A DNA stretch of 64,000 nucleotides from Nageia nagi. Lineage: Eukaryota > Plantae > Pinophyta. The translations under genes and the position numbers were made by a program. The notes beneath the pieces were generated by a model. That model saw only the letters and a program-made list of their open reading frames with translations, had not been told where the DNA came from and searched no databases. The stretch spans positions 7,936,001-8,000,000 of the forward strand of contig JBITNC010000001.1 in NCBI GenBank assembly GCA_050084985.1. Direction: 5' to 3'. Of this stretch, positions 1 through 13,100 are shown one piece after another (within the stretch, counting starts at the first letter, position 1; every line of letters begins with the position of its first letter).

Positions 1-862
1 TATGATGGAAGATATTACCATGATATGGATACCATGCTTATGAATTAAATGTATTTGGTAAAACCACCATTTTTGTTATAAGGTGGGTGTGGTTTGTACA
101 AAGCCATAAGAATCATAGTCAATTTAAGTTTATAATTCATATGCTGAGAAGAATCCATTTTATGAAAATAGGTTAAGTCTTTTTTAGGAAGTATTATATA
201 TAGTCTATTTGTTTGTCTAAGTCATGTTTGAGCCATATCCCAAGTCTAGCTAATTATGTTTTGATCTTGTATAGTCCAAGGATTATTTTCAGGCCCTATT
301 GTACATAGTTGTTAGTTTAGGTTAAGTTGTGTAATGTGCATTGTTGTAAGAATCAAGTGAATTAGGGCCCTTGAGAATCCAACAATGATGCCATACCTTT
401 TGATTAAAATTAATGAGCTCCATATGGCTTAGTCAATGAGTGGTCCTGATAGTTCTTCAAGGGAGGAGATGTTCACAACTCTTCATTTAATACACCCTAC
501 TAATTTTGAGTAATGACATCACACTTTTCAAAAGAAATCGATAGGTGATAAGTTTCATAAGTATTTCAAAATTCAATAATCCTGCTAGGGCATAACAAGA
601 CTAGCCAAGGATAAATAAAGACTTTAAGAGGAGGTGAACACCTAGGTCCACTTATTCAAGAGTGTATGACCCTTGAGACTCTACCATTGTGTCAACTGTG
701 ACTCATTTCCATGTGGTAGTAGTAGTTCACTCTCAAGTTTGAATGGTTACATCTTCTTTTATCCTTACAGTAGTCAACACTAAAACTTTAGAAGAAGCAT
801 TTAATGATCATAAAGGGTTGGTAGGTCACCAATTGATGAAGCAGCTTGATTGTACATAGGCA

Positions 863-1985
863 ATATGGTTATGCAATATTATGGTACTTTTCTCTTTGCA
901 TTTTGTGAATGTTATCTTATTTTTAATTATTATGTATGAAGCTTTGTTTGAAATTGTGACTGTGTATTACAATTGCGAGACCCCAAGAGTGAAGTAGTTA
1001 TGTTATTCTTAGTCTTGGTTATAGATTACTACCTATGTAGTGATGTCTAAGATGATTAGTTTAGTTTTCTTTCATGTTATTTACTTTCCTTGTTTAATAG
1101 TTTAGCTTTCATCTCTTTCTTATTACTTTTGACCTTCACTTAGATAGGTATTGGCCTCTAACTTAAAGATTGAGCAAAAAATCCTATGAGCACATTATTC
1201 CACCACCTTCTACTCATTCAAGAACCCTGTTACTATTAGATAATGGATAACTTGCCAAACCAAATCCTTAGATAACATTATGACATAAAGGATGACTGAT
1301 TGTGGTTGGATAGGTACATGATTAAAGGTCTGTAATTTCTAAGAATCAACATTACATTGGGACCATAATCCATAATTAGTTACATTTATAGATTCATTTT
1401 TATATATTGTAAATATCTAACTTTATTCTATTCTAATTCAATAAGTAGTTATATTCATTAATGGTGGATAACCACCCATTGTAAATAGAAATTATAAATA
1501 GTGGATTGTTAGAAGTCCAACAAGTCAAATATTTTAGCAAAGTTTTCCATTGTAAGAACTATTTTCATATATGGTAATGCAATATTATGGTATCTTTCCC
1601 TTTGCATTTTGTGGTTGTTATCTTATTTTGTAATTATTATGTATGAAGCTTTGTTTAAAGTTATGGTTGTGTATTTCAATTACGAGACCCCAAGAATGAG
1701 GTAGTTGTACTATTCTTAATCTTGGCTATGGATTACTTTGTGTAATGATTTTTGGGTTGATTAGTTTAGTTTTCTTTCATTTTATTTACTTTTCTTATTT
1801 AGTAACTTAGTTTTCATATCTTTCTTATTACTTTTTACCTTCACTTATATAGGAACCACCCTATAACCTAGAGATTGAGCAGGAAACCCCATGAGTGCAT
1901 TGTCCCAACACCTTCTACTCATTCAAGAACCTTACTGTTATTAGGTAATGGAGAAATTGTCAGACCAAATCTTTAGGTTACATTA
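863..1985. repeat. Pair of ~418-bp diverged direct repeats (863..1280 and 1569..1985), probably LTR-derived
   Basis: Both copies start ATATGGT(T/A)ATGCAATATTATGGTA and stay colinear to ACCAAATC(C/T)TTAG..ACATTA. No TSD or internal coding region found. Confidence 0.75.
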
Positions 1986-2319
1986 TCCTGATCAACAACA
2001 AATGGCTCCTACATTTTTGGAAACTAAAAGGATATGTAATAATTTTATACATCATTTATGCCTTATTTTGAATGGTCCTTTCAATTCATTCATGAGGTTT
2101 TGGAAGCCTTATGGGATCATTTGTAATGAAGCATGCTTTCACAAAATATTTTTTTATGATTTTTTCAAACTCTAGGGAACTAAGTATACTTATAGTGGGT
2201 GGAATATATCCCTTTATTTGGGGTTACAACTTCTTTAGGTTAAAATATCTTTGGGGTTACAACTTCTTTGGGTCAAAATATCTTTAGTATACTTAGTCTA
2301 ATTTTCAATATGATAATGC

Positions 2320-2615
2320 CAAATTTTTGGAATGTCTAGATAGAGCCATGATTTTTGAATATGAATCTTTTTATTTCATCAACTTATATCTTCTTCTCCC
2401 TTTGTGATGCCTTTACCTAGTACTACTTTATCAAACCATTCCCCTATCATCTTCTCCATTTACTTGTAGCTTGCCCCTACCAAGATCTCCTCCTCTCAAT
2501 TCTACTTGAATGTGTCCTTTTTACATTGCTCGACTATGAAAGCTCACATAACTCAAATTTGAAATCTTATTCCCCAACCCCAAGGTGTTTTAAGATGGAT
2601 TTATTGGTGGAACTA
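2320..2615 (+). mobile_element. L1-type LINE ORF2 remnant, segment 1 (C-terminal part of APE endonuclease)
   Basis: Degenerate CLDRAM (SRLDR-like) and TLSNHSPII (SDH-P-like) motifs; sequence rejoins segment 2 across the AACTA TSD. Confidence 0.55.
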
Positions 2616-3760
2616 TGTGATGAGCCTAACTAGATCTCAACTCAAAATGCTCAAATTATTTCAATTCTAATCATGCATTAATTCTAATTTCCTTATATCT
2701 AAGTATTCTTATCACTCCAACTAACTTTACTATACCATATCTGAATAAACAATGCATGCAAAGGTGACCTAGGAAATTATATTTAAGTGGCAATTATCTC
2801 AACTCATTCATCCAAACATGAAATAACCATCATACATGCAAAATTATATCCTACATGTGGACCAATCTCTGTAGGGAGAAAACTAAAAAGATCCAAGCAT
2901 GTAAAAATTATTAGAAAAGTACAAATAGCTTAAATTACTAATAAGAAAGAAGTACAAGCCTTAATGAGCCAAAATTATGCCCTAGAAATGTGACATCCCA
3001 ATAAGGGGCTCAATCATCCACTCTAAAGCCTCAAAATGCATATCTTATGCTCCAAGTGTATATCTGAATTAGAAAACACTCCTTCAAGACTAAAATAGGA
3101 TTCTAGTATCTAAGAACAAACTTTAAATTGGATGACCCTCCAAATATGCTCTCACAAAGCTCTGGGTGAAGCTCTAGGGCTTCTGAAGCTGTACCAAGGC
3201 ACTAGGGCCTCTAGATATCATGACCTAGCTACTATTGTCAAACATTACACCCTTTAAGAGGTGTGGGAAATAATTATTATAGGCACATACTCTAGGTGAT
3301 AATCAATAATGAAAGGTAGATGATATATGCCTTTCAAGTGAAGTGTATCCCTCCTTAAATATCCAAACTATCTCTTTTTGATGATTGGTCGATCAAGTTT
3401 AAAAAATTTCTTATTTTTACAAATTACACTCCTACTTGGGCATCCCACTTTGGGATGACAAATCAAATCCCCAAGTTATAAAATTACACCCAAAATTCCT
3501 AAAATAATAAATACTCCTATTTATCCAAAATTACTATTAATTATCCCTAGAAGGACATCCACCTTTAAATGCTCATTTAATGTATTTTGCACTCAAGAAT
3601 GGGACACATAATATTAGAAAGCTAGATATTATTTTCTAAATGATACAAAGATATAAAAATAATAATAAATCCTCCTAAAAGAGGAATGTCCACTACATGA
3701 GCTAAAATAGCAAGTTGATGTGGCTCTCATAAATAGGACCCACCATTTTGGGTCATTACA
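2616..3760 (-). mobile_element. Solo LTR (1145 bp) inserted in the LINE
   Basis: Termini TGTGATGAGCC...GGGTCATTACA (imperfect inverted repeat, TG..CA); 5-bp TSD AACTA at 2611-2615 and 3761-3765. Orientation inferred from base composition only. Confidence 0.85.
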
Positions 3761-3765
3761 AACTA

Positions 3766-5875
3766 TGTGATATTGCCAAACGAAGGAAGCAAACTAGCTC
3801 TTCTTTACTTAATGAAATTTCTAAAGCTTTCTTATGATTGGATTCCTCCCCTTTTAATGTACATATTCAAGCCCAAGTTTGTTCCATTCAACATGGGCTC
3901 GGCTCAAGAAAGTTGATATATATGAAGCTAGGGGTGCTCAACTTAAAGCTTATATGCACTAGCTAAAACTAGGAGATAAGGTTTCAAAAGAATGTTTTAA
4001 TCATCTTAATCCTATTGCTCATCTATATTGCTTCCAATCTTAGCAATTTGATTTTAGGAGACTTACAAAGTTGCATCATATAATTAACTACTTTATTTCT
4101 CATTATCAAAGGGTGTTTACTTCTCAACCTCTTTCTGAAGCTCATCAATAGGTTTTAATTGAATGTTATTCTATGGTTCCCTATAAACTCTCATAGGATC
4201 AATGGGATCTATGTGATACCCCTCTCTCTAAATATGATCTCAAATAGTCTCTTTCCTACATGGCTAATGACAAATCCCCTAGGCTTGATGGATTCCCTTG
4301 TGAATTTTATAGAGTTCTAGGATGTACTAGGTTCATATTTACAAAATGTTTACTTGGAAGCTCTCAAAAAAGGTTCTTTAAGGGATATAATTAATAAAGG
4401 AAATGTTAAATTTATTCATAAGTGTGGAGACCCTGATGTTATCACCAATTAATGACCTATCACTTTGCTTAATTTTAGTTACAAGATAATTGTTAAAACT
4501 TTAACTATGAAGTTACACCCTATTCTTTCCTTGGTTGTTCAACTTGAGCATACATGCTTTGTGCAAGGTAGATTTTTTTGGATAATTTCTTAGCTATTTG
4601 GGAAGGTTTGGAGTGGGCAAGGTTTGGATTAGAGTAGAGCTTCTAGACAAGATGTTTTATTTTTAAAGATTGATTTTGAAAATTTGTATGATAAAGTAGA
4701 ATGGTATTTTATTCTTGTTATGCTTTAGCATTAGGATTTGGCCAAAAGTTCATTAACACCATTCGTATGCTCTTTTTTATGCTTAATATGTGATTACCTT
4801 AAACAAAACTCAATATGAGACCATTCCTTTTAGTATGTTTGTTCATCAAGAATATCCTTTGGCTCCTTCTCTCTTCATATTGGTAACTAAAGCCTTTGGA
4901 TATTTACTATCCTTTAAGGTGAATCAAGGCCTAATCAAATGTATTGATCTTACCAATTCAAATCAACACTTGGTGAATGGTTATTTTGTTAATAACTTAT
5001 TCTTAACTTTAAGATAAGATGATAAATCCTTGAATTTTTCCTTATAGTGTCTCAAGAGCTTTTACCTTTCCTATGGCTTAAGCATTCAATGGCATAAAAC
5101 TTCTTATTTTAAGTAGTCTTAGTAGCCTTTATCATAGTGGCTTACACAAGTCAATTGGACTTAAATACATCATGGAGAAGTGTTTAAATTTTTGGGCATA
5201 CCCTTTTCTTTCTATGGATCCTTTTCCCAAGTGTGGAATTATGTTGTTTAGAAGGTGGAGAAAAAGTTGTCTTATTGGAAAATTAAAAAACTTTCTTTAG
5301 CAGGCACATTTCAAATTTGTTCCAAGATTTTGGCTACCACCCATGTGTATTACTCCTCTTATTGGGTTCCTTCCTGAGCTTGCTACAACAAGCTAGAATG
5401 TTTTTTAAGAGACTTTATTTCAACAAGAATATGGTTAATATAGGATTTTATAGGGTCGCCTAGGATATTTGTTATCTCCCCAAGCAATATAGAGGTATGG
5501 ATTTGTATGATTGCAAAGATAGGGTTTTTCCCTTTGTGTGAAGTGGATTTCCAAAGAAATTATTGGTAATGAATCATGGAATATATTGCTCCATAATTAC
5601 ATTCTTTATAGATTTTTGACAAAAAAAAAAGATCTAGAAGGATATTTCTCTACAATCTATTCTTACAACCCCTATTCCTATTAATATCTCTAACTCTTTT
5701 GTTGTTCAAAGCATTTAGAAGGCTTGGGAAGTAGTTAAATTTTAGTTATTCTAGAATGGTATTGATAATAAAGCAAGAGCTTCTCTCCCTAGTCTCAATA
5801 TTTGGTTGTCCAAATACTTTTCTATCTGAGTTTTACCTCTGGCACAAGTTTAGTGGGTGAGAGCTCAAAGATTTT
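3766..5875 (+). mobile_element. L1-type LINE ORF2 remnant, segment 2 (reverse transcriptase, many stops and frameshifts)
   Basis: DKSPxLDGFPCEFY (~4268), N**PITLLNFSYKII (~4450), KIDFENLYDKVEW (~4665), QEYPLAPSLF (~4847) correspond to the L1 RT motifs KSPGPDG, NWRPISLLN, DFEKAYD and QGDPLSP. Confidence 0.9.
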
Positions 5876-7089
5876 TGTTATGACCCCATAACATGTTATA
5901 TGTGTATTTATCCCACATGTATTATAATTGGAAGGTGAAGGGTCACAAAAGGATATTTATATGATTCCTTCACTATTGCAATTCATTTGAAGAATAAAAT
6001 AAGCTTTTGAAGAGAGAATTCTTTCTCTAAGAGGTGCCCCCCTTGAAATGGGAAAGGTAATTCTATTAGATAGTTCTATATTATAATTATTTATTATTGA
6101 GTGGTTTTATGCAATTAACGTGGTTTGGAGTACTTTCAAGTGGATATTATTGAATATTATTGAAGAATATTTTATTTGAAATATCAAGTTCCTAACGAGT
6201 GGTATCAAAGCATGATCTTGGTACTTGTGGGTGGATTTGGAGAAGTTGAAGGGTTTTTTTGCTAACTCGAGTGAATTATTCATATCTCACATATATGAAG
6301 GTATTTTTGGCTGAAATATTGAGGGTTTTCATAGAATCATGTCAAGAAGGCTCAATAAAAATTTTAGGTATTTTGGATCTCATTTGCAGATTTCATAAAC
6401 ATTTCAATTTTCATAATAAAATGGTTGTAGAGGGTTGAAGAAGCCGTTTTTGATTCTAAAATTTTAGGAGAATATTTTTAGAGATAAAATTATATTTTAG
6501 TAAAAAATTTAGGCATTGGATAATTATTGTTTAATGTATGATTAAATTGGTGATTCCTAAAAAAAATCCTTGATCTAGAGTTGTGAAAAAAAAGGAAAAA
6601 AGTAAATGATCATAGCTTTTTCATCTTTGCAAGTTTGCTTCTGAAATTTAAAAGGTTTTCATATTATTGGTTCAAGAGTACATAATTTAATGTTCAAAAT
6701 TTTTGGAACTATTTGGCCATTTTGTGTGAAGAACATTAGGGTCTCCTTATAAACACTTTAAGATCTAGAAGGGGTAAGAGTAAAATGACCACATCTTTCT
6801 CATACTTTAGAATTATCTTCTAAAAATTTGTTATTTTTCATGTAGTTGTATAATAAATAGTAAGTAAAAATTTCAAATTTTTTCAAGATTATTTGGCTCA
6901 TTTATGATAAAATTGGTGATTCCAACTTCAGTAAAAGAAAAAGAAGGAAAAAGGTGAAGTCTTCATGAATTTTGCATATATCAGTTTTGGATGAAATTTC
7001 ATATTTGAATGGTTATTAATGGTACCTATATACAGTAAAAAATTTAAAATTATTGCAATTATTTTGATAGCCATTTTAATTTTTTTTAA

Positions 7090-7310
7090 AATGGATACTC
7101 TTGTTCCACCTTTACATATACATACATTAAAACAATATGAGGATGAATTTGATGATTTTTGTATCAAATATGAATTGGATGAGGAGACATATCTTGCTTA
7201 ATTCACTAATGGATTGAGTTAAAAAATTAAAGTGAATGTAATCTTATTCAATACAAAAATTGTAAATGTGGCATATGCAATGGCAAAGCTTGAAGAGGAT
7301 AAACTAGCAT
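7090..7310 (+). pseudogene. Gag remnant of the non-autonomous element
   Basis: Reading through stops gives QYEDEFDDF..YELDEETYLA*FTNGLS*KIKVNVILFNTKIVNVAYAMAKLEE, resembling the gypsy Gag pattern (Y..EF / F..GL...I...V / A...A...E). Confidence 0.6.
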
Positions 7311-7516
7311 TCCTTAAGAATAATAAGCTCTCATTTTATGGATCAATTGCAAAGGAGAGAATTGAGAATAATAAGTTATGTAATTACATGTGTATGAAAC
7401 TTGATGACATGCATACCAACCTATATGCATTTACCATCCTTAAGGATAAATTTACACTTCTTTCTTAAGATCTTTAGTAGTTTCTTCTTGAGGAGCTAGT
7501 TTTTTCGCATGTAGAG

Positions 7517-7740
7517 GAGCATGTCGTAGAGTGTGAGGCTCTTTATTTCACTTGTATCAATATAGATGATATGTAGCTAGTTTCTTCAAGTTTAGAAGAG
7601 CATGTTGTATAGTGTGAAGCCCTTCCTCTCATTTGTATCGGTGTAGATGATGTGGATCTAGTTTCTTTGAGTTTTGTGGAGCATGTTGTAAATTTTGAAG
7701 ATATTTCTCTCACTTATATTAGTGTGGACATGGTGGAGAA
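7517..7740 (+). repeat. 81-bp (27-codon) tandem repeat, ~2.7 copies
   Basis: GAGCATGT(C/T)GTA recurs at 7517, 7598 and 7679. Confidence 0.85.
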
Positions 7741-8298
7741 GAAGGATTTCATGGAGTATTCATGCCATGAATTTAGAGCATCACAATAGCATTACTTTGG
7801 TGGGATCATGATACACATGTGAGCATCTATTCATCTTTGGCGAGTTCTTGGCTACTTTTGTTGAGTTGGATTCCTTGGTTCTCTACTCTCTTTATTGTTT
7901 ATGGATGGATTGTACTTTGTATTTTGTACAAGATTTAAGAACAGATCTTGCTAAGAGTGTGTTAATGTTATGACCCCATAACATGTTATTTATGTTATAT
8001 TTATATTTATACCACATGTATTATAATTGGAAGGTGAAGGATCACAAAAAGCTATTTATATAAGGCCTTACCTATTATAATTCATCCTAGGAATAAAATA
8101 AACTTTTGAGGAGAGAATTCATTCTCTAGGAGGTGCCCCCTCAAAGTTGGAAAGGTGATTCTATAGTTAGTTGTATATTACAGTTATTTATTATTGAGTA
8201 GTTTTATGAATTAAGGTGGTTTGGAATACTTTCAAGTGGAGACTATTGAATATTGTTGAAGAATCCTTTATTTGAAATATCAAGTTCCTAACAATTTT

Positions 8299-8515
8299 AT
8301 AAAAAAAAGGAATTTCTTCCCCTCTTAATTTTTTTATGAGCATTATACATTGGATCCCTTGGGAGGAGTTTCGATTTTAAGTATGCTCTCAGGAATGATA
8401 ATAAATTTATATATGAGGTTGTTATTTATTGTATTCCCTTCTTTATTTGTACTAAGTTACATAAAGTTTTTAATAAGCCATGGTGATCATATTGGTATTG
8501 GCTTAGGAAGGTGCC
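8299..8515 (+). mobile_element. L1 ORF2 remnant, segment 3
   Basis: Lies between the ATTTT and GTGCC TSDs, so it is host sequence for both insertions; assignment to the LINE is by position. Confidence 0.55.
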
Positions 8516-10021
8516 TGTTGATTAAGATTGTGTAATATCTTCACTTGCTACAATCTCAACAATAGTATATTATGAATAGACTATTTAAGATAACCTGATC
8601 TTCGGAGAAAGTTGATTCCTTATACATTGGACATAAAATATAAATAAAAAGTAACCAAAAAGGATAAAGGATAAAATTGAGTGGAATAAAATAAAGAGAT
8701 AGAGTAACAAGAAATAAAACAAGGAGGTAAATCACTAATTCAGCATGGGCTTTCATAGTGTGTGAAACCTTGGTGAGAACCTAGTGTAGCAGCCATAGAG
8801 CAAGCCTTCACTCTCTTAATTATTTCTCATCATACATTTTACCATGTAGCATACATAATTATTCCAACACATTGCTATTATTATTCAAGAAACATTCATT
8901 AATTATCACAAAATAACCAGATTAAGAACAATTGTAACAAGTGCTAGGAAAGAAAGGTCAATATAGTATCATATTATTGAAGAAATAAAAGGTCTTCAAA
9001 ATAAATACAAAGGGAATACTAGGGATTCCACCCTCTATCCATTATTATTACTTCTATTTATGCAAAAAATAAAGTAACTCTAATGTAACTAAAAAGATCG
9101 AATAGTTGCATAAAAATGCCTCAATAGGCCAACTCTTCTTTTCTAAAGTCTTCTTGGTTGGCAATTACATATTCTAAATTTTTTTTAACCTCCCACGTCT
9201 TTCTTAGAATCTTTTGTAATAGTCTATAGCTTCAGCAGGGTTCTCCAAAATTGCTCCTACTTCTATGGAAGTAAAAAGTTATTTCAAAAGTTCTTGGATG
9301 CTACTCCAATGGTTCTAGAACATTATGAGCTCTTCCAAGCATTTACTTATATATGTGCTTCTCTTTCGAAGCTCTGTGGTCATTTTGGAGATGTTTATTT
9401 GTATACCGAGCCCTTTCTACTTATTCCTTCTCTCAAGCTTTATGTTGAATCAAACCAAAGTTACGAATGCTCTTTGATGACATCACTTATCATGGGCCCA
9501 GTTGTAAGAATAAAAATAGGATCTTTACTTTTCATGATGTTTCTTTCATGTTCATATTCTAATTTGTTCATTTATCCTTCATCCCATCTTCTTTGGGAGC
9601 CACACATCCTCTTGATGTCATCATCTTTCTTCTAGGTTTGGTGATATGATAAAAATGAAACTTCACTACCTTGCATGATGTCATCTCTCCTTGAACTCGA
9701 AACAAAAAATCAAAAAGGACCTCTACACTCTGCAAACTCTTTTGATGACATCATCATCTCCCAGGTTAAATGATATGATAAAAATGAAACTTCGCTATTT
9801 TGCATGATGTCATATTTCCTCAAGCTCAAAAAAAAGAATCAAAAAGAATTTTTGCACTTCGTAAACTCTTCTGATGATATCATCATCTCCTGGGTCTGGT
9901 CAAACATAGCTTATTTCATATGAAAGACTCCAAAATCTCCATAGCTACAAAAGGGTGCTTCAAATACATTGAATATTCTTCAGAGGCTTCTCAAAAATGT
10001 AGATTTATATATAAGTATACA
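8516..10021 (-). repeat. 3' LTR of the Tat element, containing a ~130-bp internal tandem repeat (~9613..9900)
   Basis: Colinear with 19769..21275 (7 differences in the first 60 nt); TGATG(A/T)CATCATC-type motif recurs at ~9613, 9743 and 9873. Confidence 0.92.
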
Positions 10022-10199
10022 TTTTGGCAACTTTTGAGGGAAAATTTCACCTTATCAAAAGAAAATTGGGACCTAGGCTGGTAGAACGTTTGTAAACATC
10101 ACTTAACTACTGATCAATTGTTGCACTTTGGGCCAATTCTCTTAGACATTAGATATATTTTTCAATTAAAACTTGGCTAAATCCATTAAATTAGGGATA

Positions 10200-13100
10200 T
10201 CATATGAAACTTTCCTATGAGTGTGGAGGAATTGCTATAGATTAACTTTTAATTTTCCATAATGCTCAAAGAATTGTAGTATACTTTTTTCATCAAATGA
10301 AGCTAATAAGTTGTCAATGTTTGAATTATCCACCATAGCCTCTTAGATTTTGCTCAAAAATTCTATATCCGAGATAGGTGTTTTATCTACCTTCCACAAA
10401 ACTAGTGATTCCAATGACACTATATCCTGTAGTTCTCACTTCAAAGAATCAATCTTGCTTTGTCATTTGAGTAAGCTTTTCTCTATACTATCATAGACTC
10501 CTTTCCTTTGCATAGGGTGATTAATCCATGTCAATATCTCCATACTGCTCCCTAGATTCAAAGCCTTTAACTATTCATCGGAGACTTTGCTCATCTTTTC
10601 AATTGCCTTCTTGGCATCCTCTATTAGCAGTTCACAACTAACCTTTTTCTTAAGCACCTCTACACTGAGCTTATTTAACCCTTTAGAGCAAGTCTCCACA
10701 TGATTTTGAAATTGTATAACAATTTTCAAGTTTGAAGTGATTGATTTCCAGAACTCTTCTTTTATCTTTAGTGAAAATGCCTTGTCTACTTTATTTGTAT
10801 GAGCAAGCTATTGTAGTTGTGCCAAACTAGAATTTGGATTGATAATGGTTGCATCCTTCAAGGCCCTTTCGGTAACTTTAGTTGCTAGCTCTTGGTTCTT
10901 TGCCATAATGATAGCTTCTTTCTAGCCCAACTCTACCTTCTTTTCAACAAGTTCAACATCTCTTTTTGCTAATGCATCAACTATAGGAGCATTGGCCAAA
11001 GCTTTCTTCAACCCATCAATTTGATTGTCTGCAACTTTTAATTTGGAATTTTGAAGCTCTAGCTGCTTCTTGAGTGACTCATTAGACTTGAGCACTTTAT
11101 TATACTTAACCTCTAGCTTGGTGGCTTCAAAGATATTCAAGTTAACTACAATGTGCAATAACTCATTTTTGTCCTGCTTGGGCACATTGGCCAGGTTTAT
11201 CTTGATGCTCATATTCATAGCTGTGAGGTTCTTAGGACCTTCTTGAGATTAATGAGAAATTACCATCTCTAAGACCTTACTCTTGGAGTCCAAAAAACTC
11301 TAAAGCCTTACTGGATTGCTTGGTGGAGGAATCTTCTTCAGTTGCTTACCCATCTAATCCTCCTAATTACCTATCACTTGCTGGTACTATTGCATTATTC
11401 CATCTATTGAAACCTGCTACCTGGAGATAGTTACAAATGATGAACTGGGACTCAAATCTTGTATAGTTGTTGATGTAATTTACTTGGCTAGCATTGAAGG
11501 GCTAGCTTGGGCAAGGTTCGAGTTGATATTGATGACTAGGTTTACTAGTGAAAATGGATTTACAGGCATTAGGGGAAATTGAACGATAGGGTTGATGGAT
11601 TGTGCAGTTGAGGTGGAGAGTGGAAGTGCTTAGGGTATGACTAGTATTAGTATTATTGGTGCTACCAACAAAGAAGATGTAGCTAGGGTTAATTGAGAAA
11701 TTGAAGTAGAAGAAGTAGAGTGAAGAGAATGCATACCTGAATGTAGAGGGGCCTTATTTGACATGCTTCTATGATTGCATGCTTTGGGAGTTGTGTAAAG
11801 CCTTTCTCTTTGAAGAATATACTTTATTGACCTTCTATGTAGAGCTCTCTTGAACACTCTCTTCCAATGCTTGAGCTTGATCTTCCTTATGGCTACTTTC
11901 TTCTTCATCTAATGAATTGATGTCATCAAGATGATCTAAAAACCATATCTTCATAAATAGATCATCAGTATCTAACTCCAATGGTGTAAATTGATTCCCA
12001 GATTCAATCTAGTACTAATTAAAAGTTGTTATTTTCTCCACAGACCACTTATTGCTTTTAAACTATTTTATCATGTTTTTTGAAATGTCATCCCTTTTGG
12101 GATCATAATTCACTTTGATTTCATAAAAACTTAGCCAAGAAAAGAGCAAATCCTTGGTGACCATGGTTGTAGTCATTAGGTCTTTGTTCTCTCCCCTATT
12201 TCTCCATACTCAACCCTGAAGCTTGGTAGGTTTGGTTGTGATTAATTTTTTTCTAGAAATAATCCTTTAAATCATACAACTAGTATTGATTTAGCCTCTT
12301 TAGCTTTAGCATAATCAATTTCTTCTTCAACAATTTTCATCCTCCCCTACCTTGAAGCACCAAATTATTAATTTGATGGGGGATTGGGTAGATCTGCCTT
12401 TTCTTGGTCGTAATACCATATTTGGAATCTATGTAATCTAATTATCGATCATACTCTATGCTAAAGATCCAATCTACCACATGTATGGGTAATAGAAAAG
12501 GAGTGCCATAATACCCATATAAATGGAAAACAATCCTGTTATCCATGAAATACTAATGTTTGATCTCACCATGAGAGAGTCACAAATAAGATCTGGAAGC
12601 CTCTAATAGTTTGGGTGGTGGTGTGTTGACCAAGGCCATGGTCAGGGCTAGGAAATATTCTGCAAATGAGTAATAGCATCCTAAAGATCTAATTTCATCA
12701 TTTCAATTATACATAGACCTGACAACTCTATTACTATCGATTTTCCTCAATTGTAGCTCAATAAAGGAGTTAGGGTTTTAGTGGATGAAAAGCCAAATAA
12801 TGTAAAATACATAAGAGAAATCGGAACCATCATTTATTGTGGTTAACTGCTCTATGATACCATATGAAATTACTACCATCCAGTCAAACATGGTAGGGTT
12901 AGAAGGATGGGAGATTCTATAAGTAATAGTTGGTTGAGTAGGTGATGCAAATCTATCAGTTTCTTTCCCCATCACTATTCTAATCATAGATAGAAGCAAT
13001 TGAAGGTGGTGAGAGAAAAGAGATATAGGTACATCTATGAGAATTCCATGAAATCAATGGTAGAACATTTCTCCATCTAGTTTACAATGTTCAAGCTCAT

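Larger units (their letters stand above)
5876..8293 (+). mobile_element. Non-autonomous LTR retrotransposon (2418 bp) with gag remnant only (TR-GAG/TRIM-like)
   Basis: LTRs 5876..6197 and 7966..8293 (TGTTATGACCCC...GTTCCTAAC[G/A]); PBS TGGTATCAAAGC at 6200-6211 (tRNA-iMet type); TSD ATTTT at 5871-5875 and 8294-8298; no pol domains. Confidence 0.9.

Noticed and set aside
9613-9900. CTGATGA plus GAAA motifs in LTR repeats suggesting a hammerhead ribozyme (retrozyme)
   Set aside because: I could not form the three helices or a cleavage triplet; the motif is part of a TGATGACATCATCA palindrome-like core. An Infernal hammerhead search would settle it.
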